From Mobula hypostoma (lineage: Eukaryota), in assembly GCF_963921235.1 (NCBI RefSeq), contig NC_086107.1:113834001-113898000 (forward strand): a stretch of 64,000 nucleotides of DNA, read 5' to 3'. The notes beneath the pieces are model-generated. The model was not told where the DNA came from. It was given only the letters and a program-made list of their open reading frames with translations, and searched no databases. This document shows, piece after piece, positions 38,813 through 51,783 of the stretch. The position numbers and the translations under genes are program-made. Position 1 is the stretch's first letter; every line of letters begins with the position of its first letter.

Positions 38813-41800
38813 AGACGTTCTATCTCCCTGGAGTCTGATCAGCCTGACAAGGTTTCTCAGCGAGGGCAGCGACCATCTGTTTAGATAAACAGGAATGCTC
38901 TATCCCCTGGATAATCACAGACTCATTTCCCCTGTTTGTACAAGAACTTGGACAGCCACCAATCCACTCCCAGAAGTAGGTGCAACAAGCTTCTTAGTTC
39001 TCTTTATTCACACTCTTGTGTGGACTGCCACGACAAGGCCACTCTCAGGTTGGAGGAGCAACTTCGCGTGCTCCATCTGGATAGCCTACAACCTGAATGC
39101 TTGAACATTGCTTTCTCCTTCCAGTAATTTTGCCCCTCCCCTTCCCTCTTCTACTCCCCACTCCGGCCTCTCCCCCTTCTCCTCATCTGCCTATCACCCT
39201 CCTCCCCCGGTGCCCCTCCACCTTCCCTTTTTCCCATGGTCCACTCTCCCCTCCTATCAGATTCCTTCTTCTCCAGATCTTTGCCTTTTACACTTGTCAC
39301 CTCCCAGATTCTTACTTCATCCGCCCTCCCCCACCAGCTTGCCTTCACCCATCACCTTCGAGCCTGTCCTCCTGCCCCCTTCACATTCTGACTTCTCCCT
39401 CCATTCCTTTCCAGTCCTAATGAAGGGACTAAGCCTGAAACATTGGTTATTTATTAATTTCTATAGATGCTGCCTGACCTGTGTTTTGTGTGTGTATCAT
39501 TGTCACGTGAAGAGCATTTTATGGCTCTGGGCCTGTACTCACCGGAATTCAGAAGAGTGAGGGGTGGCCTCTGAAACCTATCAATTATTGAAAGGCATCA
39601 ATAGAGTGGATCTGGAGAGGATATATCCTAATTTGAGAGAGTCTAAGACCAGAGGACGCAGTCTCAGAATAGAGTGCATCCATTTAGAATGGAGATGAGG
39701 AGGAATTGGTTTAGCCAGAGAGTGGTGAATCTGTGGAATTCATTGGCACAGTTACCTGTGGAGGCCAGGTCTTTGGGTATATTTAAGGCAAAGGTTGATA
39801 GAATCTTGATTAGTCAGAGCATGAAGGGATACGGGGAGAAGGAAGGAGATTGAAGCTGAGAAGGAAATGGAGCAGACTCGATGGGCCAAATGACCTAATT
39901 CTGCTCCTATATCTTAAGATCTTACTGTCAGTAGTTATTCCAAAAAATTAACACAGCTTTTAAAGGTGATGTATTTATCAATGGAGTTGGGATATGGAGC
40001 CCTTGCCCTTAGAAAATTGAACAATAATTATACCCTCAAGGAAAATATGCAGAGACAAAGTCAACATTTTCTCTGCTATTAATTGTCCACAAAATGAATT
40101 GAGCTCATCCTATTTGTGTGAATCTGGAGTTGTATACAGACCAGACAGGATGTAAACTCTCGAAAACTGTGGTAAATTTTATATGGCACAAGATTACACT
40201 CGGCAACAATTTTCTTCAAAAATGTTGCTTCACCAGAATGTTTTTTTGTTTATAATAGACCACTTGAAGCTGAACACAAATATAATTTCAGACTAGTATC
40301 ATGTCGGAATTTGGAGAAACAAGAAATTAACTTTTATTGAATATAATGTGTTTAATTGCATAACGGCGCTGATGCTTTGCAATAGTTCCGCAAAGCTAAA
40401 GATGTTTTGTTGATGGTTTTCATTTGTACTCATTATCCAAGGCTTCTCACTTAAGTGTCCAACAATAATCAGCCAGTACTGACGGATTCTAGTTGCCCTG
40501 ATACCGTTTCTTCATGACCGCAATGTCCTGGTGGAACCTTTCACCATGATCGTCACTGGCAGTGCCAAGAATAAACCACCTCTGGAATAAAGTGAACACT
40601 AATAAGGGGCTGGTGACAAGGAATGTGAATTCATGTTGGAGGTTCTCTGATCTTCTATCGTTCATAGAGTTATACAGTACGGAAACAAGCCCCTTGGCCC
40701 ATCTGGTTCTGGTCCACGTTGACCAGGATTCCCACCTAAGTTCGTCTCATTTCCCTGCTCTCAGCCTATATCCATCAAGCCAGCCCATGTCATCACATAG
40801 CTATCCTTCTTCTCTCAGTCACATTGCTCCCTCACATGCCTTTGAAGATCTTCCTCTTTGAGACCCAGTAGAGTTGCCAACTCCACATGGGCACATGCCT
40901 GGATGTTTCATCGCATCACTTCCTGTTCTGATTGCTCCACCCCCCCCCATGTTCATGCATTGGTTACTAGACATGTCCATCTTCACAGAGACTCACCTTC
41001 AAAAGCCAATGAAATGTGAGTGGTTCTTTATAAGACCATTAGGGTTGGGTACCTCAAGAGCCTGTCTGCAAGACAATGGATGGTCTTCTACCTCCTACCC
41101 AATCCCTGCATCCTGGAACACTCCTAATGTCCAGGAACCTCTCAGTCTCAGTATGAATGTAATCAAAGACTGATCCTTTAAAAAAAGATAAAGGTTGGCT
41201 GTATTTGTCACATACACATTGAAACATGCAGTGAAATGCGTCATTTGCAACAACTCAAATCAGTGCCGATTGTGCTGGGACAGAGCATGCCCACAGTTTA
41301 CTAACCTTAACCTGTATTTCTTTGGAATGTGAGAGGAAATGTTGAAATGTGTTTTGTGGCAGCAGTGCAATGCAAGGCATCAGAAGTACTATATAAACCA
41401 GTGATGTTTCAGGCAGAGACCCTTCACCAGGACTGGACTGGAAGGGGGCAGTAGCCAGAATAAGAAGGTGATAGGTGAGACCTGGTGAGGGGGAAGGTGG
41501 GTGGGTGAGTGGGGGAGGGGGGGATGAAGAAAGGAGTTGATAGTTGATGGATGGAAGAGGAAAGGGGGTGAAAAAGGTGTTATCGTGTCGGAGGATCTGT
41601 CCTTTGGTGTTATTTTATCAGAGGACCTGTCTTGGGACAGCATGTAAATGCCATTACAAAGAAGGCACGACAGCACCTCTCTTTCCTTAGAAAGTTTGCA
41701 CAGATTCAGCGCGTCTTTGAAAAGTTTGACTAACTTCTATAGATGCATTACATAGAAACATAGAAAATAGGTGCAGGAGTAGGCCATTCGTCCCTTCGAG

Positions 41801-41919
41801 CCTGCACCGCCATTTATTATGATCATGGCTGATCATCCAATTCTGGATGATCAATTGTGGAGAGTATACAGGCTGGTGGCATCATGGCCTGGTATGGAAA
41901 CACCAATGCCCAAGAATAT

Positions 41920-44830
41920 ACTGGACCTGGTGTTGGGTAACAAAACTGGCCAGATGACTTTCAGTGGGTGAGCAGTCAGGAAACAGTGACCACAACTCCT
42001 TAACATTTAGGATAGCTATAGAAAAGGATAGGTATGGTCCTTTCTGCAGAGTTTTAAATTGGAGTAGGGTAAATGATGAGCATATTAGACAGAAACTAAA
42101 AGGAGTTAATTGGGAACGCATTTTTTTTCTGACAATTCCACATCAGACGTGTGGAGGGCATTAAAAGATCAATTGCACAGAGTACAGGAAGGGTATGTTC
42201 ATGTTAGAAGGAAGGACAAGGATGGAAAGATAAGAGAACCTTGGTTGTCCAGACAGGGGATGAATTTAGTCAAGAAGAAAAAGGAAAAGTATGCAAAGCT
42301 TCGAAAGTCGGGATCAAACAAAGCACCTGAGGATTATAAAGAAGCCAGAAAAGAACTAAAGAAGGGAATTAGGAAAGCCGGGAGGAGTCATGAAAAATCC
42401 TTGGCCAGGAGGATTAAGGTGAATCCCAAGGCATTCTATGCATGCATCAAGAGCAGAAGGATAACTAGGGAGAGGGTAGGACCACTCAAAGATAAAGGCA
42501 AGAACATTTGGTTGGATGCAGACAATGTGAGTGAGATACTTAATGAGTTCTTTGCTTCAGTATTTCACAAAGAAAAGGACATGGAGGACTAGGAGATCAG
42601 TACGGAGTGTATAAGTATTAGGGTGTATAAGACCCCAGGGCCTGATGGGATTTACTCCAGGTTATCGAAGGAGGCAAGAGACAAGATTACTGGGGCATTG
42701 ACCAGTATCTTCATGTCCTCTCTAGGCACAGGTGAGGTCCTGGAGGACTGGCAAGTGGCTAATGTTGTACCTCTATTTAAGAAGGGAACGAAATCCTGGG
42801 AACTATAGACTGGTGAGTCTCCCGTCAGTTGTAGGGAAATTGCTGGATAAAATTCATAGGGACAGGATATATGAGCATTTGAAAACCCATGCTCTAATTA
42901 GGGAGAGGCAGCATGATTTTGTGTAAGGCAGGACATGTCTTACCAACTTGATTGAGTTTTTCAACAAGGTATCTAGAGAGACTGATGAGGGTAGGGCAGT
43001 GGATGTTGTCCACACGGATTTTAGTAAGGTGTTTGACAAAGTTCCTCATGGAGGCTAAACCAGAAGATTAAGATGCTCGGGATCCACGGTGAATTGGCTG
43101 TTTGGATTCAGAACTAGCTTGCGAATAGATAGATAGCTAGATAGATTGATACTTGATTGATCCCAAAGGAAATTACAGTGTCACGGTAGCATTACAAGTG
43201 CACAGATATACAAATATACAAATATCAGAAGAGAAGTAAGAAAGAATAAAAAATGACTTACCTCAAACAGCCCAACAGAAGGAGGTCATCACTTCCCCAG
43301 CTATAGGTTGACTTATTATTGAGCCTAATGGCCGAGGGTAAGAATGACCTCACATCGCACTCTTTGGAGCAGCACAGTTGTCTTAGTGTATTACTAAAAG
43401 TGTTCCTCTGTTCAGTCAAGGTGGCATGCAGAGGGTGAGAAATATTGTCCAGCATTGCCGGGGTTTTCCATAGTGTCCTTTGTTCTACCACAGCCTCCAG
43501 TGTGTCCAGTTTGACTCCTATAACAGAGCCAGCCTTTCTAATCGGTTTATTGAGCCTGTTGGCATCACCCTTGGTGATGCCATTGCGCCAGCATACCACC
43601 GCATAGAAGATTGTACCAGTGACAACAGACTGAAGGGACATGTGAAGGAGAGGCCTGCGTACTCCAAAGGCCTTCAGTCTCCTCAGGAAGTAGAGGCAAC
43701 TCTGGCCCTTCTTGTACCCAGCCTCTGGGTTGGTGTTCCACTCAAGTCTGTCATCCACATGCACCCCCAGGTACTTGTAGGTCCTCACAACGTCCACGTC
43801 CTCACCATCAATAGTAACAGGGAGCTGTACAGGCTGAGTCTTCCTGTAGTCCATCACCATCTCCTTCTGTATAGAAGACAGAAGGTGGTGGTTGAAGGGA
43901 CTTTGTATATAAATGACCTGAATGGAACTGTAGATGGGAGGGTTAGTAAGTTTGCGTATGATACCAAGATTGGTGGAGTTGTGGATAGTGTAGAAGACTG
44001 GTAAAGTGTGATATATAATCAGTTGCAGATATGGGCAGAGAAATGGCAAATGGAGTTTAACCTGGACAAGTGTGAGGTGTTGCACCTTGGTAGGGCAAAT
44101 GCAAGGAGACAGTGGAGCAGAGAGATCTTGGGATCCAAGTTCATGGCTCCTGGAAAGTGGCTACACAGGTTGATATGGTGGTTAAGAAGGCTTATGGAAT
44201 GCTTGCTTTATTAGTCGAGGCGTTGAGTTCAAAAGTCAAGAGGTTATGTTGCAACTTTATAAAACTCTGGTTAGGCCACATCTGGAGTGTTGTGTACAGT
44301 TCTGGTAACCCCACTGTAGGAAGGACATTGAGGCTTTGGAGAGGGTGCAGAAGAGGTTTACCAGGATGCTGTCTGGTTCAGAGGGCATGTGCTATCACGA
44401 GAGGCTGGATAAACTTGGGTTGTTTTCTCTGGAGTGTCGGAGGCTGAGATGAGATCTGATAGAAGTTTATAACATTATGAGAGGCATAGATAGAGTGGAC
44501 AGACTGTCTGTTTCCTAGGGTTGAAATGCCTAATACCAGAGGCCATGCATTGAAGAAGAGAAGGGGTAGGTTCAAAGGGGGATGTGAGGGGTAAGTTATT
44601 TTACTCAGAGTGGTGGATGCCTGGAATGTGCTGCCTGGTATGGTGGTAGAGACAAATGCATTGGAGACTTTTAAGAGACGTTTAGATAGGCACATGGATG
44701 TGAGGAAGATGGAGGGATATGGACATGGTGTAGGTAGGAGGGATTAGAGTTGGCTGTTTTTGATTTGCTTTTTAGCTGGGTCTGTACAACACTCTGGACC
44801 GAATGGCCTGTTCCTGTGCTGTACTCTTCT
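41920..44830 (+). mobile_element. Long degraded CR1 LINE (EN end, tether, RT) interrupted by another LINE
   Basis: SDHN, KxPGPDG, ANVVPLFKKG, NYRLVSL and KWQMEFNLDKCEVLH motifs across frameshifts; insertion at 43129-43870. Confidence 0.9.
43129..43870 (-). mobile_element. Rex1/Babar-type LINE 3' fragment nested in the CR1
   Basis: YKYLGVHVDDRL..LYFLRRLK..SFLPSAIRL; (atag)n tail on the + strand. Confidence 0.85.
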
Positions 44831-46772
44831 ATGGAAAACCTGCAAGAAGTAGTGAATACAGCCCAGTCCACCAGAGGGAAAACCCTCCCCTCCATTAAGC
44901 ACATCTTCAAATGTACAAGGAGCACTGCCATAGGAAAGCATTCTCCATCATCAAGGACCCCTTCCATCCAGGCCATGCTCCCTTCTCACTGCTGCCATCG
45001 GGAAGGAGGCACAGAAGCCTTAGGTTCCACACCACCAGGTTCAAGAGTTATTACCTCTCAACCATCCTGAACCAGCGCGGATAATTTCACTCGCCTCAAC
45101 ACCGAACTGATTCCTCAACCTATGGACTCGCTCTCAAAGGCTTTACAACTGATGTTCTCAGCATTATATATTTACTTACTTATTACAGCTTATTGTGATA
45201 CCTTCTTGCCTTTTGCACACTACTGTATTTGTCAATGTGGAGCGGAGAGCGAGTTTGCAAATCTGGCAGGAGCAAAGGATGTCGGGAATGGCGAGGGTGG
45301 GGTGCTGCGGGAGGGGTGTGGCACAGGTGGCAGAGAAGGAGTGCCGGGGTGGGGGGGGAGTGAAGTGGGTGCAGACACACCAGGCAAGGTCAATTGATTC
45401 CAAACAATCGGTTTATTGATCATCATAGAATGTCTCTCTGGTGCTTCCCGCTACCTCTCCCCTCCCTTCCCTTTTTTCCAATCATGATTCCCCTCTCCCT
45501 GTCCCATTCCCACTCTCTGTCCACAATAGAGACCCATATCAGGTTTATCATCACTCACATGTTATGAAATTGTCTTTTTGCCACAGCAGTACAATGCAAT
45601 ACATAAAATTACTACAGTACTGTGCAAAAGTCTTAGATACCCTTGCTGTATGTATGTACCTAAGACTTTTACACTGTACTGTATTTACATTGCTTGCCTT
45701 TGGTTGTTTGTCAATCTTTGTGTGTAGTTTTTCATCAATTCTGTTGTATTTCTCGGTTCTGCTTTCAATGCCTGCAAGAAAATGAATCTGAGGGTTGTAT
45801 ATGGTGAGATACTGAATGTTGACTTTGATAATAAATTCACTTTTGAACTTTGATGAAGGACTCTGCTAGGAGATGACAGTGGACCACAGGAGAAAGGGAA
45901 GGAGGAGGGGCACCAGAGAGAGGTGATAGGAAGATGAGGAGAAGAGAAAGGGTGAAATGGGAACCAGAAGGGGGAATATTAAAAAAGAGAAGGAGAGAAA
46001 TAACCGGAAGTTAGAAAAATCAATGTTGACATCAGTTTGGAGGTTATCCAGATGGAATGTGAGGTGTTGCTCCACCCAGGAGAATATGTGGCAAAGTTTC
46101 TCTGGTTAACAGCTGCCACTGTGATTCATTGTACTTGCAGTACTTGGAGCGATGCCTAAGCCTCTGGTTCTCAGTATCTGGGGCGAATCTATCTTCTCCA
46201 AAGTTTGAATTTCAAATAAAGGTTACACCTTTCCCAGGACACTGCCCGGATTCGAGAGCATGTGCCAAAGGAGAGGCTGAACAAACTTGTGTTGCTGTCT
46301 CTGGAGCAGCAGAGGCTGAGAGGAGACCTGATAGAGGTTTCCAAGGTCATGAAGAGCAGTGATAGATGGCCAGTGTCTTTACTCCAAGGTCAAACTAGGT
46401 GAGAGGGAGTAGGTTCAAAGGAGGTGTGTGAGGCAAGTTTTTTACGCAGAGGGCAGCGGATGCCTGGAATGTGCCGGGAGGGGTGGTAACGGAGAAAAAT
46501 ATGACAGAGGCATTTAACTCACACAAAATGCTGCTGGCAGCATCTATGGAGAGGAATAAATAGTCGACGTTTTGGCCTGAGACCATTCATCAGGATTTTC
46601 AGTATCTGCAGAAGCTCTCATCTTTATAGAGGCATTGAAGAGGCTCTGTACAGAGAATGGAGGGACATGAACGCTGTGTAGAGAGAAGGGTTTAGTTTAT
46701 TACTAGCTTAATTAGTTTAGCACAGCATTGTGGGCTGAATGGCCTGTTCCTGAGCTGTACTGTTCGATGTTC

Positions 46773-47425
46773 CACACTCAGCGGTTACTTTATAAGTACC
46801 TCCTGTACCTAACTGAGTGTATGTCCGTGACTTTCTGCTGCTGTGACCCGTCCACTTCAAGATTTGACGTGTTGTGCGTTCAGAGATGCTCGTCTGCACA
46901 CCACTGTCGTAACGTGTGATTATCTGAGTTACTGTCACCTTCCTGTCAGCTTGAACCAGTCTGGTCATTCTCCTCTGACCTCTCTCATGAACAAGGCGTT
47001 TTCACCCACAGAACTGCCCCTCACTGGGTGATTTGTTTTTGTTTCTCACACCATTCTCTGTAAACTCTAGAGCAGGAGTTGCCAACTCGGAGTCCACGGA
47101 CTCATCAGTTAACAGTAAGGCTCTATGGTAGAAAAAAGATTGGGAACCCCTCCTCTGGAGCTTGTTATGCGTGAAAATCCCAGGAGATCGGCAGTTTCTG
47201 AGATACTCAAACCACCCCATCTGGCACCAACAATAGCTCCACAGTGAAAGTCACTCAGATCACATTTCTTCCTCAGTTTAATGTTTGGTCCGAACAACAA
47301 CTGAACCTCTTGACCACATCTGCATGGTTTTATACATTGAGTTCCTGCCACGTGATTGGCTGATTAGATATTTGCATTAATGAGCAGGAATACGGGTGTA
47401 CCTAGTAAAGTGGCCACTGAGTGTA
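46773..47425 (-). mobile_element. Tc1 derivative (same family) containing an 80-bp hAT MITE
   Basis: Reverse complement of 32690-33245, with TIR-like ends cactcag... and ...ctgagtgta. Confidence 0.85.
47073..47152. mobile_element. 80-bp hAT (Charlie-like) MITE
   Basis: Imperfect TIRs caggagttgccaac / attgggaacccctc; 8-bp TSD ctctagag / ctctggag. Confidence 0.75.
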
Positions 47426-49295
47426 TATTTTGCCTTAAAAGTAATACATGCAGAAATCTGTTCTGCCAATTCAGTGCTTTGGTGGGTGGGATTAAAAAAT
47501 CCGACCCTATGGGCCGGTGAGTAACTAACCATTCCCAGCAGTGAGTATGAGAGGGCCTTCTCGCTCATGAGGGGAAAACAGGAAGGAGCCCATCTAATTG
47601 GCTCATGATAAAATCAGCTGCTGACTCCATGTTTGCCAAACCAGTGATTTTTTTTTCTAAGGAATGCTGCAAAAAATGCCTTGTTATTCCAGTCAGACAC
47701 TCAATTTATTTCTCGTCCAAACAAAAGCAAAATAAAATTAGTCAGACATTTCTGCTGCAATGGAGGCAGCCGTTACTGGCAGTGAATCCTATATGGTCAG
47801 ACTACAACTCCCAGGGTGCCTAGCAAGGTGGGTGACCATAACACCATAAGACATAGGAGCAGAATTAGGCCATTTGGCCCATCGAGTCTGCTCTGCCATT
47901 CCATCATGGCTGATTTATTATCCCTCTCAACCCCATTCTCCTGCCTTCTCCCTGTAACCTTTCAGGCCTTTTCTAAACAAGAGCCTTTTAACTTCCTCTT
48001 TAATTGTACCCACTGACTTAAATATACCCGGTGGCTTCATCTCCCCTAGAAAATGATCTAGGAAATGACTCCACCACCAGGCCATATTCTGCTCCCCTCC
48101 ACACCCCCCCCTTCAAAGGGATCTTTCCCTCGAGAATCTTTGATCCGCCCTTCCACACCAGCCCGCCACTGACCCCTTGCAGCCTCAGGAGATGTGACTC
48201 CAAAGCAGGGGACCTACGCTCAGTGCTCACAGGGCGGCACCACGACCCTTGATCAACCAAACGCCCACTGGGTAGTCGCTTTGAATCAGGATCATGTTTA
48301 TTGCCGCTGACATATGCCATGAAATTTGCAGCAGTACACCTGCAAGGCATAAAAAAATTACTTTAATTTACAAAAGAATTCGTGGGGCACCGCGGTAGCG
48401 TCACAGTTAGTGCACCGCTATTACAGCTCGGGGCGTCGGAGTTCAGAGCTCCATTTCATCAGCCTCTGTAAGCAAGTTTGTACGTTCCTTCCGATGAGTT
48501 TGTGTGGTGCCTCTGAGTGCTCCGGTTTCCTCCCGGTCAGTAGCTGGACTGGTCATTGTCAATTGTCCCGTGGTTAGGCTGGGGTCAGATCAGGGCTGCC
48601 TGGCTTGGCGGGAGGGCCCATTCCACGCTGTAACGCTAAATAAATAGTGCAAAAGTGAGTTAGTGTGACACACGCAAAACGCCAGAGGAACTCAGCAGGT
48701 CAGGCAGCGCCCAGGCAAAGGAATAAACAGTCAACAATTTGGGCTGAGACCCCTCATGGTTTCATGGACCATTCAGAAATCTGATGGTGGAGGAGAAGAA
48801 GCTGTTCTTGAAACATTGAGTGTGGATCTTCAGGCTCCTGTACCTCCTCCCCATAGAAATGAGAAGAGAGCACGTCCCGGGTGGTGAGGGTCCTCAGTGA
48901 CGGAATCTGCCTTCTTCAGGCTCCACCTCTTGAAGATATCCTGGATGGAAATGGACAGTTGACGTTTCACTTAGACATTACATCTTCTGACCTGAAACAA
49001 GTCTGTGGGGAGGCTTGTGTCCATGATGGCACCAACGGAATCCACAACCCTCGACAACCTCTTTCAGTCCCATGCACTGGAGCCCCCAGACCAGACGGCG
49101 ATGCAGCCAGTCAGAATCCTCTCTGTGGTACATCAGTGACATACCAAAACTCCTCAAACTCCCAGTGAAGCATTGCTTCTTCTTCATTGGAACACCTTTG
49201 ATTTGTGGAACACCTACCCAAGGTATCTTAATTCCCAGTTCCCCTCCCTCTCTGGCCTCCAGCGCTGTTACAAGGAAGTCTTGTGTAACCTCAAG

Positions 49296-49672
49296 GTGGA
49301 ATATCTAACTAGATGGAATATCTAACTCGGTGGAATATCTAACTAGATGGAATATCTAACCAGATGGAATATCTAACTAGGTGGAATATCTAACTAGATG
49401 GAACATCTAGCTGGGTGAAATATTTAACTAGGTGGGATATTTAACTAGGTGGAATATTTAACAAGGTGGAATATCTAACTAGATGGAATATCTAACTAGG
49501 TGGAATATCTAACTAGATGGAACATCTAACTAGGTGGAATATCTAACTAGATGGAACATCTAACTAGGTGGGATATCTAACTAGATGGAACATCTAGCTG
49601 GGTGGGATATTTAACTAGGTGGGATATCTAACTAGGTGGGATATTTAACTAGGTGGGATATCTAACTAGGTG
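49296..49672. repeat. Minisatellite, 17 bp x ~22
   Basis: Unit tggaatatctaactag(a/g). Confidence 0.95.
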
Positions 49673-51732
49673 TGGTGCAGATGCATGTCTCCGTACTGAA
49701 GTTTCCAGTCTTAGATAACTTGCTCCTTCTTTATACTTAAGCAGAACGTGATTGCTGCCTTGTCCCATGTCCTTTTGGGATGGACTGCGCTTGGTAAACA
49801 CATTCGTTACACACACACACAAGCTGCTGCCGTTGTACTGAGTAGACACACTTCAATGCCTTCCCCGGCGTATTCTTATAAGGGGTTAGCTTTATGGTGC
49901 CTTTCCCGCCATACACAGGGAATATTCTATTTCTTTAGTAATGGGGATGTGTAAATGTGTATATGTTGTTTGTATTTAATGTAGATCCTTCTGTTTATTT
50001 TGTAACATGATTGTAATTACTTTGTGGGATGCATCATGTGTAGCCTTGAGTTAACTTTGTGGGTAATTAAAGACAGTACGTCCTGGTGCCTGATAAATGG
50101 GGTTCATCGCTCTCAGTGGGAAAGACAGATCAAGGGTACACACAAGATAAGAATAAGCTATTATTGTGTTTTCTGCCATATATCTTTTCATAAATATTGG
50201 CAGTTTTCTTTTCACTATTTTTTAAGTTTGATTTTTGACGCAGCTAATAAACGCCCTTGCACTAAAGTGCTAAGCGACTCCAGCCATTTTTCCTTTGGTC
50301 ATAACCCACATATCTAACATATTTCACCTGTCCATCCTTTTAACCTTCACCATGATCAACCTAACACTTCCCTCCCACACAAAATGTTTCTTTCATCCAT
50401 GTGCCTATCTAAATGTCTAAATGCCCCTAATATATCAGCCAAAGCCAACACCCCAGGTGTACACTCCAGAAACGTACTATAGAAACAATCTACCACGGAC
50501 ATCTTCTCCATTCACCATAAAAACATGTCCTCATTGGCACCCTGGGAAAAGCCCCTGGCTCTCCACTCGATTTGTGTCTCGTATAAATCGTACACACCTC
50601 TATATTTTCATTCTCCTTCGCTCCAAGGTGAAAGCCCCCAGCTCGCTCAGCCCTTCTTCAGAAGCCATGCTCCCTAACCCGGGTAACATGCAGACCAGGA
50701 ACACAAGAGATGTCCTGTTGAAGGGCCTCAGCCCAAATCACTGAGGCCTAGTCTCCTCCTGCCTGACCTGTTGAGTTCATCCAGCAGTTTCTGTGTTATG
50801 TGTGTTTCACTGAATGTGTAGACCAGAGGTGGTCGGTCCCCTGTGAAATACTAGTGAACCAGCTATGGAAAATGGATCAGGCATGATGAAACTGTGGAGC
50901 AGACGCAATGGGCCAAATGTCCTAATTCTGCTCCTACATCTTATGGACTTATAAAATCCATTTTCCCTCTCAGCCCCAATCTCCTGCCGTCTCCTCGTAT
51001 CGCTTAACAAGAATCTATCAACCACTGCTGTAAATACACCCAGTGACTTGGCCTCCACAGCAGCCAGTTCCACAGACTCACCGCTCTCTTCTCCTCACCT
51101 CCCTTCTAAAAGGACGCCCCTCTATACTGAGGCTGCGTCCTCTGGTCCTAGACTCTCACACCATAGGAAACATCCTCTCCACATCCATTCCATCGAGGCC
51201 TTTCAATGCTCAGTAGGTTTCAATGAGATCCTCCCTCCCCCTTTCTTCTGAATTCCAGCGAATACAGGCCCAGAGCCATCAAGCGTTCCTCATATGACAA
51301 GCCTTTCAATCCTGGAATCATTTTCGTGAACCTCCTTTGAACCCTGTCCAATGTCAGCACATCCGTTCTCAGATAAGGGGCCCAAACTGCTCACAGTACT
51401 CCGAGTGAGGCCTCACCAGTGCTTTATAAAGCCTCAACATTACATCCTTGCTCTTATATTCTAGTCCAGTTGAAATGAATGCTAACATCCCTTCCCCCTT
51501 CCTTCTCAGTCCTTAAGCAGGGTCTCGGCCTGAAACATCGACTGTTTATGCATTTCCATAGATTTTGCCTGACCTGTTGAGTTCCCCCAGCATTTTGAGT
51601 GTGCAAGACAGACTTTCCTCTGTATCTTGGTACCTTTGACATTGATAAGCCGATACAAAACCAAGCATCATCCCCACCCCCTCCTTCCCAGACCCCCCTC
51701 CTTCATTGCGTCTCCCTTTTTTTCCCTCACAG

Positions 51733-51783
51733 GCGGAATCGGTACAGTATTTCCTGGATAACTTGGATCGAATCGGCCAGCCG
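51733..51783 (+). CDS. GNA12: GNA12-like coding exon 2 (51 nt, AESVQYFLDNLDRIGQP)
   Basis: Long pyrimidine tract plus cAG, donor GTGAGT. 17 codons matching the GNA12 51-nt exon GESVKYFLDNLDRIGQL; phase 0/0. Intron 1 is 28,742 bp. Confidence 0.95.

Noticed and set aside
43258..44085. 275-aa minus-strand ORF
   Set aside because: Chance fusion of antisense CR1 with the nested LINE remnant.
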